Position numbers and translations under genes: made by a program. Shown one piece after another: positions 1-8,996 of a stretch of 64,000 bases of DNA. The DNA lies in NCBI GenBank assembly GCA_964525875.1, contig CAZGJS010000013.1, positions 10,254 through 74,253 of the forward strand, in the 5' to 3' direction. Numbering within the stretch: position 1 is the stretch's first letter; each line of letters begins with the position of its first letter. The notes under the pieces were generated by a model that searched no databases, was not told the DNA's origin, and saw nothing but the letters and a program-made list of their open reading frames with translations. Origin of the DNA: an uncultured Eubacteriales bacterium (lineage in GTDB: Bacteria > Acidobacteriota > Aminicenantia > Aminicenantales > Saccharicenantaceae).

Positions 1-2
1 GG

Positions 3-1178
3 CTGGCCGTCCTGCCCATGGAAGGGGCCGATGCGGAGGCCGACGGGGCGCCGTCCGAATGGACCTTCAGGAGGTATCAAAGGTATGCCGGCGGCGGCAG
101 CGGCCTTATCTGGTGCGAGGCGACGGCCATCCGGCGCGACGGCCGCTCCAACCCCGGCCAGCTCATGCTCACCGAAAAAACGCTCGGCGGCTTCGGCAAG
201 CTGGCCGACGCGGTCCGGGCCGCCGCGAAGAAGGAGTGGGGGCCCGCCCATCGGCCCCTTCTCGTCCTCCAGCTCACCCACTCCGGCCGTTTCTCCAAGC
301 CCGAAGGGACGCCCAACCCGATGATCGTCCAGCACAACCCGTACCTCGATCCGCTCCACGGCCTGCCTCCCGACTACCCTCTCGTTTCCGACGGAGAGCT
401 CGAGGAGGTCCGGGACGATCTCGTCGCGGCGGCCGAGCTTGCCGCCGCCGCGGGCTTCGACGGCGTCGACGTCAAGGCCTGCCACGGCTACCTCGTCTCG
501 GAGACTCTGGCCGCCTTCAACCGGACGGAAAGCCGCTACGGCGGTCCCTTCGAGAACAGGTCGCGGCTCCTCCTCGAAACCGTCCGTCTCATCCGGCAGG
601 AGGCGCCGGGGCTCCTCGTCACCTGCCGCATATCCGCCTCCGACACCGTCCCCTTCCCTTTCGGGTTCGGGATGGACCCCGACGCGCCGGAAACGATCGA
701 CCTGACTGAGACAAAGGCGCTTGTTTCGCACCTCGCCCGGGCCGGCGTCGGCTTCCTCTCGGTTTCGCTGGGCATCCCCTACTGGAAGCCGCACTTCGGC
801 CGTCCGTTCGACGAACCGGTCCCGGGCGGGAAGCTCCCCGGTGAGCACCCGCTCGAAGGGGTCGCCCGCCATCTCCGGGTCGCCTCCGAGCTCCAGCGCT
901 CCTCGCCGGGGACGGCCCTCGTCGGCGCCGGCTACTCCTGGCTCCGCGCTTTCGGTCCGGGAGTCGGGGCGGCCATGATCGCGTCCGGCCGGACGGCCGT
1001 CCTCGGCCTGGGCCGCGGCGCCCTGGCCTACCCGGATTTTGCCAAGGACCTGGCCGCGCGGGGACGCCTCGACCCGCGCAAAGTCTGCACGACCTGCTCG
1101 CTCTGCTCGCACTCTCTCCGGCAGGGCAGGCGAACGGGCTGCGCCGTCCGCGACGCCGAGGTCTACGGGGTCTCATGA
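3..1178 (+). CDS. NADH:flavin oxidoreductase, Old Yellow Enzyme family (5'-truncated by window edge)
   Basis: ORF 18..1178; motifs YAGGGSGLIWCEATAI and ACHGYLVSETL typical of OYE/2,4-dienoyl-CoA-reductase-type TIM-barrel flavoenzymes; N-terminal ~40 aa of family missing so CDS starts upstream of window. Confidence 0.7.
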   Translation: MAVLPMEGADAEADGAPSEWTFRRYQRYAGGGSGLIWCEATAIRRDGRSNPGQLMLTEKTLGGFGKLADAVRAAAKKEWGPAHRPLLVLQLTHSGRFSKPEGTPNPMIVQHNPYLDPLHGLPPDYPLVSDGELEEVRDDLVAAAELAAAAGFDGVDVKACHGYLVSETLAAFNRTESRYGGPFENRSRLLLETVRLIRQEAPGLLVTCRISASDTVPFPFGFGMDPDAPETIDLTETKALVSHLARAGVGFLSVSLGIPYWKPHFGRPFDEPVPGGKLPGEHPLEGVARHLRVASELQRSSPGTALVGAGYSWLRAFGPGVGAAMIASGRTAVLGLGRGALAYPDFAKDLAARGRLDPRKVCTTCSLCSHSLRQGRRTGCAVRDAEVYGVS

Positions 1179-1837
1179 GCGCGCCGTTCGGGGCCGTCTT
1201 CGACATGGACGGCGTCATCGTCGACAACAGGAAATACCACGTCCTGGCTTGGAAGGCGTTCGCCCGGAAGCACGGCGTCCCGTTCGACACCCGTCACTTC
1301 AAGGACCACCTTTTCGGCCGGGTCAACCGGGAGATCTTCATGGGCCTCTATGGCCACGTCCTGCCCGAGGTCGAGGTCATCGCCTGGGCCGAGGAAAAGG
1401 AAGCCTTCTACAGGTCCATCTACAAGGGCCATGTCGAACCGGCCCGCGGCCTTGTCGCGTTCCTGCGCCGGCTCGCCGACCGCGGGGTCCCGGCGGCCGT
1501 GGCCACGGCCGCGCCGCGAGTGAACCTCGATTTCGCCCTGGACGAGGCGGGCCTGCGGCCCTACTTCCAGGCTCTCGTCGACGTCGGCCAGGTCCTGCGG
1601 GGAAAGCCGGCCCCGGACCTCTATCTCAAAGCGGCCGAGGCCATCGGTATCCCCGCCGCCCGGTGCGTCGCTTTCGAGGACTCCTACCCCGGCCTCGAAT
1701 CGGCCCTGGCCGCCGGCATGAAGGTTGTCGGCGTTATGACCACGCACACGCGTCGCGAGCTCGGCCGGGTCCACCTCGCCGTTCGCGATTTCGAAGGACT
1801 CGACGTCGGCCGCGTCGAATCGCTCCTCGTCGCATAG
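1175..1837 (+). CDS. HAD-superfamily hydrolase (beta-phosphoglucomutase-like, subfamily IA)
   Basis: N-terminal motif VFDMDGVIVDN (HAD motif I DxDGx); ATGA overlap with upstream gene. Confidence 0.75.
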   Translation: MSAPFGAVFDMDGVIVDNRKYHVLAWKAFARKHGVPFDTRHFKDHLFGRVNREIFMGLYGHVLPEVEVIAWAEEKEAFYRSIYKGHVEPARGLVAFLRRLADRGVPAAVATAAPRVNLDFALDEAGLRPYFQALVDVGQVLRGKPAPDLYLKAAEAIGIPAARCVAFEDSYPGLESALAAGMKVVGVMTTHTRRELGRVHLAVRDFEGLDVGRVESLLVA

Positions 1838-1884
1838 CCCCGGCAGGGTCTTGGCGTCCCGAGGACGCTCGGCCGGCGGGCGGT

Positions 1885-1912
1885 TTGACGGCGTACGGCG
1901 AGTTGGGATAAT
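1885..1912 (+). promoter_or_regulatory. sigma70-like promoter (TTGACG-16-GATAAT) upstream of 1942 gene
   Basis: -35 TTGACG 1885-1890, 16-nt spacer, -10 GATAAT 1907-1912; RBS GGAAGGAGAGG before ATG 1942. Confidence 0.35.
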
Positions 1913-1941
1913 TTAGCCCCAGGAAGGAGAGGTCGCCGGGC

Positions 1942-4818
1942 ATGAAGAGATCGGTCATTCGGGTCGGCCGCACGGCCTATCCGGTGTATTCCCTGAACAC
2001 CCTCGTCGTCGGCAGCGGGGCGGCGGGGCTCAACGCCGCGGTCCGCCTCAACCAGTTCGGGCAGACCGACGTTGCCGTCGTCACCGACCGCTTCGGGGCC
2101 GGGACGTCGGCCAACTCCGGCTCGGACAAGCAGACTTACTACAAGCTGTCCCTCGCCGGCGACCGCCCCGACTCCGCGTTCGACATGGCCCGCGACCTCG
2201 CCGCCGGCGGCTCCATGCACGGCGACATCGCCCTGGCCGAAGCCCAGGGCTCGCTCGAGGCCTTCTTCCACCTCGTCGGTCTCGGCGTCCCTTTTCCTCA
2301 CGACCGCTTCGGCGCCTACGTCGGGTACAAGACCGACCACGACCCGGGCCAGCGGGCGACGTCGGCCGGACCGCTGACCTCCCGCCTCATGTTCCGGGCC
2401 TTGGCGGCCGAGGTCCGGCGGCGGAAAGTCCGCGTCTTCGACCGCCACGAAGTGATCGCCCTGCTGACGGAGGGCGCGGGCGCGGCGAAACGGGCCATCG
2501 GGGCCGTGGCCCTGGATAAGAAGAAGCTGTCCTCGGCGAACTTCGGCTTCGTCCTCTTCAACGCCACGAACGTCGTCATGGCGACGGGCGGCCCCGGAGG
2601 GATGTACGAGCATTCCGTCTACCCGGAGAGCCAGACAGGCTCGCACGGGCTCCTCTTCGAGGCCGGCGCCGCGGCCCAGAACCTGACCGAGTCCCAGTAC
2701 GGGCTGGCCTCCGTGAAATATCGCTGGAACGTCTCCGGCACCTACCAGCAGGTCGTGCCGCGGTACATCTCGACCGTCGCCGGCGGCGGCGGCGAGAGGG
2801 AATTCCTCAACGATTTTTTCCCGGACATGGGTTCCCTGGCGACGGCCGTTTTTCTCAAAGGGTACCAGTGGCCCTTCGACCCACGAAAAGCGGCCGACGG
2901 CGGGGCATCGCTCATCGACATCCTCGTCTACGAAGAGACCGTCGTCAAAGGGCGGCGGGTTTTCCTGGACTTCAGGCGGAACCCAGACGGCGGCGGCAAG
3001 CTCGAGCCGTTCGAACCCCGCCTGCTCGCCCCGGAAGCCAAGGCCTATCTCGAAAGGTCGGGCGCCCTGCAAGCGACGCCCATCGCCCGGCTCCTGAAGA
3101 TGAACCGGCCCGCCGCCGACCTCTACAGGTCGCACGGCATCGATCTTTTCCGCGAGCCCCTCGAGGTCGCCGTCTGCGCCCAACACAACAACGGTGGGTT
3201 CAGGGGATCGATCTGGTGGCAATCCAACGTGCGCGGCCTGTTTCCCATCGGCGAGGTCTGCGGCACCCACGGTGTCACTCGTCCGGGGGGCTCGGCCCTC
3301 AACGCCGGCCAGGTCGGAAGCGCCCGGGCAGCCCTCTTCATCGCCCACCGGCGCGTCGGACGGCCGATGCCCGTCACCGCATTCGTCCGCGCGGCCAGGG
3401 CCCAGGTCCTGGCGAAAAGCGAACAGGCCCGGGCCATGATCGGCCGAAAGGACGGGCGGGCGCTCTCGCCGGAATCTTGCCTGGCCGAGCTCCGGCGGCG
3501 GATGTCGGCCTGCGGCGCCGCGGTCAGAGATCCGGAAGAGGTCCGGACCGCAAAGACGGCGGCCCGGGATTTGTGGCTCAGGGCCCGGCGGGAGGTACGA
3601 GTTCCTTCGGGCCGAGACTTGCCGAAAGCGTTCAAGGCCCTGGACCTTGCCTTGACCCACGCCGTCTATCTCGAGGCCGTTAGCGAGTATCTCGACCGGG
3701 GCGGGAAGAGCCGGGGCTCCACCCTTGTCCCCGACCCGTCCGGCCGCAAGCCCCACCCGCTCCTCGGAGACCGCTGGGCGTTTTCCCTGGCCGAGCCGCC
3801 TGACTTCGTCAGCGGAAACATCCTCGAGGTTTGGCTCGATAAAAAAGGGCGGGTCCGCAAGCGGTGGGTCCCCGTCCGGCCCGTGCCTCCGGCGGAGGGC
3901 TGGTTCGAGACGGTCTGGAACGATTTCATGAAGGACGGGATCATCGTCGAGGGACGAGCCTTCGGCTCGCCACTCGCCCGTGATTTATATGCACGGGCGA
4001 GTACGGCGAAAACGGACCCCCGGGCAAAGCCCGGGGCCCCCGTCGCTGTCGTCACAGGCGCGGGACAGGGCATCGGCCGGGGCATCGTCCTGGCGCTGGC
4101 GCATGAGGGTTTCGACGTCGCCGGGATCGACATCGTCTTCGACCCCCGGAATAGGAAGAAAGGGCTCTTTGAAGTCAAGAGGAAAGTCGAAAAGCTCGGC
4201 CGGCGGTTCCTGCCCATCGAGGGCGACATCGCCCGGCTCGAGGACCACGACAGGATGCTCGACGCGGCCTTCGGGGAATTCGGCGCGATCGACGTCCTGG
4301 TCAACAACGCCGGCATCGCCCCGGCGAAACGAGTCGACATCCTGGAGACGGCGCCGGAAAGCTACGACCGGCTCCTCGGCGTCAACGCCCGGGGGCCGTT
4401 CTTCCTGACCCAGAACGCGGCCAGGAGGATGGCCACGCGGAACGACACGCGTCCGGGCCTTCCCCCGTCCATCATTTTCATCACCTCCATCTCGGCCGTC
4501 GTCTCCTCGGCGTCGAGGGCCGAGTACTGCGTCTCCAAGGCGGCTCTGAGCATGACCGCCGCCCTTTTCGCCGACGCGCTTGCGGCCAAGGGCATCAACG
4601 TCTACGAGGTCCGGCCGGGGATCATTTCCACCGACATGACCGCCGGCGTCAAGGACAAGTACGACCGCCTCATCGCCGGCGGCCTCGTCCCCCAGGGACG
4701 CTGGGGCCGGCCCGAAGACGTCGGCCGAACCGTAGCCGCTTTGGCCCGGGGCGACCTCGGCTTCTCGACCGGGGCCGTCGTCGAAGTCAGCGGCGGCCTG
4801 AACATCCGCCGACTCTGA
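1942..4818 (+). CDS. Fusion protein: FAD-dependent oxidoreductase (fumarate reductase/succinate dehydrogenase flavoprotein-like) + C-terminal short-chain dehydrogenase/reductase (SDR)
   Basis: N-term GxGxxG (VVGSGAAGLNAAV), HNNGGF near flavoprotein active-site region; from ~aa 690 a second Rossmann fold VVTGAGQGIGRGI with SDR catalytic S...YxxxK (SRAEYCVSKAA); 958 aa. Confidence 0.65.
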   Translation: MKRSVIRVGRTAYPVYSLNTLVVGSGAAGLNAAVRLNQFGQTDVAVVTDRFGAGTSANSGSDKQTYYKLSLAGDRPDSAFDMARDLAAGGSMHGDIALAEAQGSLEAFFHLVGLGVPFPHDRFGAYVGYKTDHDPGQRATSAGPLTSRLMFRALAAEVRRRKVRVFDRHEVIALLTEGAGAAKRAIGAVALDKKKLSSANFGFVLFNATNVVMATGGPGGMYEHSVYPESQTGSHGLLFEAGAAAQNLTESQYGLASVKYRWNVSGTYQQVVPRYISTVAGGGGEREFLNDFFPDMGSLATAVFLKGYQWPFDPRKAADGGASLIDILVYEETVVKGRRVFLDFRRNPDGGGKLEPFEPRLLAPEAKAYLERSGALQATPIARLLKMNRPAADLYRSHGIDLFREPLEVAVCAQHNNGGFRGSIWWQSNVRGLFPIGEVCGTHGVTRPGGSALNAGQVGSARAALFIAHRRVGRPMPVTAFVRAARAQVLAKSEQARAMIGRKDGRALSPESCLAELRRRMSACGAAVRDPEEVRTAKTAARDLWLRARREVRVPSGRDLPKAFKALDLALTHAVYLEAVSEYLDRGGKSRGSTLVPDPSGRKPHPLLGDRWAFSLAEPPDFVSGNILEVWLDKKGRVRKRWVPVRPVPPAEGWFETVWNDFMKDGIIVEGRAFGSPLARDLYARASTAKTDPRAKPGAPVAVVTGAGQGIGRGIVLALAHEGFDVAGIDIVFDPRNRKKGLFEVKRKVEKLGRRFLPIEGDIARLEDHDRMLDAAFGEFGAIDVLVNNAGIAPAKRVDILETAPESYDRLLGVNARGPFFLTQNAARRMATRNDTRPGLPPSIIFITSISAVVSSASRAEYCVSKAALSMTAALFADALAAKGINVYEVRPGIISTDMTAGVKDKYDRLIAGGLVPQGRWGRPEDVGRTVAALARGDLGFSTGAVVEVSGGLNIRRL

Positions 4819-4885
4819 CCACGCGCGCGGCGCGTTTGGCAGAGCCACGGGCGGTGTGATATCCTAGACGGGAACGGAGGGAAAG

Positions 4886-5578
4886 ATGAGCGCACAAAAA
4901 ATCCAAGGCCGTATTTTCTGGGGCCTGTTACTCATCGTCCTGGGCGTCCTCTTCCTGTTCGACCAGATGGGCCGCCTGGATTTCGGCGATCTCGTCGGAC
5001 GTTACTGGCCGGTCATTTTCATCCTCATCGGCATCTCGATCCTTCTCAGCAACAATTTCAAGAACGTCGGCTCCGGCGTCTTCTTCATCCTCTTCGGGGC
5101 GTTCTTCCTGCTCGTCCGGCTACGGATCTTCCATCAGACGATCTGGCACTACATCTGGCCGCTGGCCATCATCGGGGTCGGTCTGTGGATCCTCATCCGG
5201 CCGGCCTGGCGCCCGGATAAAAAAAAAATCAATGAAATGACCGCCGACGACCTGGCCATCAGCCAGGTCCTCTCGGGAACCTCGCGCAAGGTCGAGTCCC
5301 AGAACTTCAAGGGCGGCAAGGCCGACGTCGTCCTCGGCTCGGCCGAAGTCGACTTCCGCGGGGCGCGCCTCTCCGGCGGCCAGGCGACGCTTCTTCTGTC
5401 CGTCGTCCTGGGGAGCATCGAGCTCACCGTGCCGCACGAATGGCAGGTCGTCCTCGAGGGGACGCCCGTCCTCGGTTCGATGGACAGTCACAAGAAGACG
5501 ATCCCCGACGCCGAAAAAACGGGGACTCTCTTCATCAAAGGGTCGGCCGTCCTCGGCTCGATCGAAGTCAAGGAGTAG
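4886..5578 (+). CDS. LiaF-like cell-envelope stress membrane protein (DUF5668 TM region + LiaF C-terminal domain)
   Basis: Multiple N-terminal TM helices, C-terminal beta-rich domain with repeated VLGS motifs; RBS GGAGGG; contains A10 homopolymer 5219-5228. Confidence 0.5.
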   Translation: MSAQKIQGRIFWGLLLIVLGVLFLFDQMGRLDFGDLVGRYWPVIFILIGISILLSNNFKNVGSGVFFILFGAFFLLVRLRIFHQTIWHYIWPLAIIGVGLWILIRPAWRPDKKKINEMTADDLAISQVLSGTSRKVESQNFKGGKADVVLGSAEVDFRGARLSGGQATLLLSVVLGSIELTVPHEWQVVLEGTPVLGSMDSHKKTIPDAEKTGTLFIKGSAVLGSIEVKE

Positions 5579-5585
5579 GTCCATC

Positions 5586-6380
5586 ATGAAGAAATTCGTG
5601 TTCTGGTTTCTAGCCGTCGCCATCACCCTCGGTTCCGCCGTCTATCAGCGGATGACGGGCCCAACCCACGACCTGCGGGGGAAGGTCGTCGTGGAGGGGA
5701 CCGAGATCAAATACAGACTGCCGCGGAGCGCCGAAACCGTCCGGCCCGCCGAGGTCGCCGTCCCCGCGCCGGCGCCGCTTGAAGGCTACCTCGATTTCAA
5801 GCGGTATAAGACCGAGGACTCCTGGACGCGTGTGCCCCTCGTCCGGGAGGGCGAAAATCTCGTCGGGCTTCTGCCCAAACAGCCGGCGGCCGGGAAGCTC
5901 GCTTATAAGGTCTTCCTGACCGGCGGACACGTAGCGACGCCCGTCACGGGCGACGACCCGGTCATCTTCCGGTTCAAGGACCCCGTCCCGGCCTGGATCA
6001 TCTACCTTCACGTGCTGGTCATGTTCGCAGGGATGCTCCTGTCGACGGCGGCCGGCCTGGCGGCGATCGATAAGAAGCGGAATCCCCGGCGCTTCGTCCT
6101 CTGGACGGTCGCCCTTCTCTTCGTCGGGGGGTTCATCCTCGGCCCGCTCGTCCAGAAGTTCGCCTTCGGCGTCGCCTGGAGCGGTATTCCTTTCGGCACG
6201 GACCTGACGGATAACAAGACCCTCATCGCCTTCCTGTTCTGGATCGCCGCCCTCATCGCCGGGCGCAAAGGGAAACCAGCCCGGCCCTTCGTGCTGGCGG
6301 CGTCTCTCGTGACACTGTTGATCTTCCTCATCCCCCACAGCTTGAGGGGGTCCGAGCTCGATTACTCGAAAATGCAATAA
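5586..6380 (+). CDS. hypothetical integral membrane protein
   Basis: 264-aa ORF, N-terminal signal/TM helix plus 4-5 predicted TM helices in C-terminal half; no recognisable motif. Confidence 0.45.
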   Translation: MKKFVFWFLAVAITLGSAVYQRMTGPTHDLRGKVVVEGTEIKYRLPRSAETVRPAEVAVPAPAPLEGYLDFKRYKTEDSWTRVPLVREGENLVGLLPKQPAAGKLAYKVFLTGGHVATPVTGDDPVIFRFKDPVPAWIIYLHVLVMFAGMLLSTAAGLAAIDKKRNPRRFVLWTVALLFVGGFILGPLVQKFAFGVAWSGIPFGTDLTDNKTLIAFLFWIAALIAGRKGKPARPFVLAASLVTLLIFLIPHSLRGSELDYSKMQ

Positions 6381-6428
6381 GACTTGGACCGGAGCGAAAG
6401 ACAGCGCCCGGCCGTCAAGGAAAAAACA

Positions 6429-6923
6429 ATGAAACGATTGTCCGCGCTGGTCACGGTATTGATTCTGGCCCTGGCGGGCGGAGCCTGGGCCACAATGGAA
6501 ATCCCCGACGGTGTCAAGGAACTGCTCCAGAAAAGATGCGCCGGCTGTCATAAAGGGAATCATCCCCCCAAGGGGCTGAACCTCGAGCCGGCCAACATCG
6601 CCGCCATCCTCGACGCATCGAGCAAAGAGGTCCCCACCCTGAAGATCATCGACACGAATTCGCCCGGTTCGAGCTACCTCCTCAAGAAGGTCCGGAGAGG
6701 CAAAGATATCGCCGGGAGCGGAATGCCCCCCCGAAAGGCCCTGGCCGCTGCGGAACTCCAGATCATCGAAACCTGGCTCGCCGGGCTCAAGCAGTCGTCC
6801 GTCCCCGGCGGAGATCTGCGCCTCGGATTCAATATCTTCAGTCCGCTTCACTTGAGCTGGAAGCGGACGGTGACGGTGAAGACGACCGGGACGGCTTTTC
6901 CGTCGACGACCAGCGGTTCGTAG
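6429..6923 (+). CDS. small secreted mono-heme c-type cytochrome
   Basis: Signal peptide MKRLSALVTVLILALAGGAWA; single CxxCH (CAGCHK); ATG 6429 preferred over the TTG of the listed ORF start 6384. Confidence 0.55.
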   Translation: MKRLSALVTVLILALAGGAWATMEIPDGVKELLQKRCAGCHKGNHPPKGLNLEPANIAAILDASSKEVPTLKIIDTNSPGSSYLLKKVRRGKDIAGSGMPPRKALAAAELQIIETWLAGLKQSSVPGGDLRLGFNIFSPLHLSWKRTVTVKTTGTAFPSTTSGS

Positions 6924-8503
6924 ACCCACTGCCGAACGGCGTCGATGGCCGCCTGGTCGAGTAGCGGGATGGAGCGCAGGACGATGACGTCCTTGACCTT
7001 GCCTTCCTCGTCGGTCTTGACGCCGAGGATGACCACGCCTTGCACTTCGGCCAGCCTGGCGATCACGGGGTAGACCGGCGGAACTTCCTTGACGAGCTTC
7101 GGCGGCTTGATGTCGTTTTCGGCCCGGACCGCGCCCTGGGCGAATTTTTCGAGGGTCTTCACCTTGTCGCCTTCTTTAAGCATGAAACGGACGGTCACCG
7201 TGAAGAGGACCTTGCGGGCGATGCCGCCGACTATGAGAGGTTCGTACTTCCACTGCCGGACCGCGTCGATGGCCGCCTGGTCGAGGAGAGGGATGGACCT
7301 CAGGACCTTGCTATCGATGACATTGCCCTGCTCGTCGGTCTTGGCCTCGAGGATGACCGTCCCCTCGACCCGGGCTTGGCGGGCAACCTGCGGATAGATG
7401 GGAGGGACCTGCTTGATGAGCTTCGGGGGCTTGATGTCGCCCACGGCCCGGACGGCGTCCCCTTCGAACTTCTGAAGCTCCTGGGGGCTCATGACCCCGC
7501 CCTGGCCCCCCCCGGAAACGCCTCCCTCGACGCCCTTGGAAACACCGCCCTGAACTCCGCCGGTGACGCCGCCGATTCCGCTCACGACTCCGCCGTGGAC
7601 ACCGCCGATCTCGCCGGCTTTCGGCTTCTTCTCGTCGTCGAGAGTGAACTGGAGTGTCACCGTGAACGTGACCGGCCGGGGTGTACCATTGATGACCATG
7701 GGCTCGTAGACCCATTGTTTAAGGGCGTCGACGGCCGCCTGGTCGAGCAACGGAATCGACCTCAAGACCTTCACCTCGATGACCTGCCCGTAGACATCTG
7801 TCGTCGCCTCGGCGATGACGACGCCTTCCACCCGGGCTTGGCGGGCGATTTCAGGATAGACCGGTTCGACTTCTTTGATGAGTTTGGGCGGCATGATCTT
7901 TCCGCCGCCGGGGAAGTGTTCGATGGGAACCCCGCTCCAACTCACGAGTCTCAGGGAGATGAAATAGGGCTTGAGCTGGGTATCCTCGAAGCCGAACACG
8001 GCAGCGCTCTTGTCGGGAAGCGTGAACTCGGTATCGAGCAGGTTGGTTTTCTTGTCACGACTCTGCTCGTAGACCTCGATCCGAAACTGGTTGCGCTCGG
8101 GAAGACGGCCAGGAGTGACTATGACCAGGTATTCCTGTCCGTTCAGCCGGAACATGTGGAAGGCCTTCTCGGATTTCCCTTTTTCCCAGACGAGGCTTGC
8201 CTCGGTCAGAAGGCCCACATCCTTCAGGTTGTAGACTTTCTTGATCTGTTGCTCGGCGGCCAGGTCCTCCTCGAGGTCGAAATTGGCAAAGAACAGGAAC
8301 TTGAGAAACGAGGACGTGACCGGCTTGGCCAGCTCCGCCGATTTCTCCCGAACGCCCTCGAGGATACGCATCTTCAGCTCGAACCCGGAGGCGGATCCTT
8401 TTAAGCTCTGAACGGCGTCGTCCGCCCCGCGGATGGCCGGGGCCGCCGCGGCGCAGAGGACGATAAAGGCCAGCGCTACCAGAAGACAATGAACTTTTCT
8501 CAT
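6848..8503 (-). CDS. secreted protein with three tandem TonB C-terminal domains
   Basis: Signal peptide MRKVHCLLVALAFIVLCAAAAPA (start 8503, RBS GGAGG upstream); three repeats of the ~80-aa motif VxPxYPxIARQARVEG...VLRSIPLLDQAA[VI]DA[LV][KR]QW.YEP (TonB_C fold); Gly-rich linker GGVHGGVVSGIGGVTGG; last gene of sigma/anti-sigma operon. Confidence 0.7.
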   Translation of the reverse strand: MRKVHCLLVALAFIVLCAAAAPAIRGADDAVQSLKGSASGFELKMRILEGVREKSAELAKPVTSSFLKFLFFANFDLEEDLAAEQQIKKVYNLKDVGLLTEASLVWEKGKSEKAFHMFRLNGQEYLVIVTPGRLPERNQFRIEVYEQSRDKKTNLLDTEFTLPDKSAAVFGFEDTQLKPYFISLRLVSWSGVPIEHFPGGGKIMPPKLIKEVEPVYPEIARQARVEGVVIAEATTDVYGQVIEVKVLRSIPLLDQAAVDALKQWVYEPMVINGTPRPVTFTVTLQFTLDDEKKPKAGEIGGVHGGVVSGIGGVTGGVQGGVSKGVEGGVSGGGQGGVMSPQELQKFEGDAVRAVGDIKPPKLIKQVPPIYPQVARQARVEGTVILEAKTDEQGNVIDSKVLRSIPLLDQAAIDAVRQWKYEPLIVGGIARKVLFTVTVRFMLKEGDKVKTLEKFAQGAVRAENDIKPPKLVKEVPPVYPVIARLAEVQGVVILGVKTDEEGKVKDVIVLRSIPLLDQAAIDAVRQWVYEPLVVDGKAVPVVFTVTVRFQLK

Positions 8504-8516
8504 ATCACCCCTCCTA

Positions 8517-8996
8517 TCAAGGATTTTTTGTCGCCCAGACGAAGACGGTGTCCGTCCCCTGGGGCTGGTAGACGAAGGTTTGGGCGGGCGCGCCGCCGAC
8601 GTTGATATAGTCAATCTGGAACCGGGCGGCCACCCGGATGGATTCCGGGTCGAAGCCTTGCCGGTTGATTTCCCGGAGAAGCCAGAAGCCGGTCACCGCG
8701 ACGACAGCCGCAGTTGCTGCGGCAGTGGCCCATCGCCAGCCCGCAGCCGCCGAATCCGTCCGCCGCTCGAGTCTGACCGTCTCGCACGCGGCTTGAGAGG
8801 ATACCCGCTCCCACAGGGCTTCGGCATCTCCGACCTGGTCGGAGGCCACGAACAGGCTCCTCGCCTCCACCCGGCTGAGGATCCGCGCCTGGCAGCGCGG
8901 GCATCTTTCCATGTGGCTCCGGATGAGAAAAGCCCGGAGCGGACGGAGGGGCAAGGCGGCGTAGACGATATCAACCATTCTGCAAAAGGCCATGGT
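8517..8996 (-). CDS. anti-sigma factor, zf-HC2 (ChrR/RsrA-like) with single TM helix
   Basis: HMERCPRCQARI = HxxxCxxC zinc-binding anti-sigma motif; TM AAAGWRWATAAATAAVVAVTGFWLL; start ambiguous (8996 or 8981), overlaps end of sigma gene. Confidence 0.6.
   Translation of the reverse strand, partial: TMAFCRMVDIVYAALPLRPLRAFLIRSHMERCPRCQARILSRVEARSLFVASDQVGDAEALWERVSSQAACETVRLERRTDSAAAGWRWATAAATAAVVAVTGFWLLREINRQGFDPESIRVAARFQIDYINVGGAPAQTFVYQPQGTDTVFVWATKNP

Noticed and set aside
1684-3756. Long antisense or shadow ORFs. Examples: 1684..3756-, 5610..6929-, 7040..8404+, 11090..12127-, 17743..18894+, 24824..26035+, 26533..27789+, 30307..31251+, 59694..63323- (1209 aa opposite smc)
   Set aside because: They are typical high-GC stop-codon-poor frames overlapping well-supported genes on the other strand. 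They have Arg/Pro/Gly-rich low-complexity translations, no motifs and no RBS.
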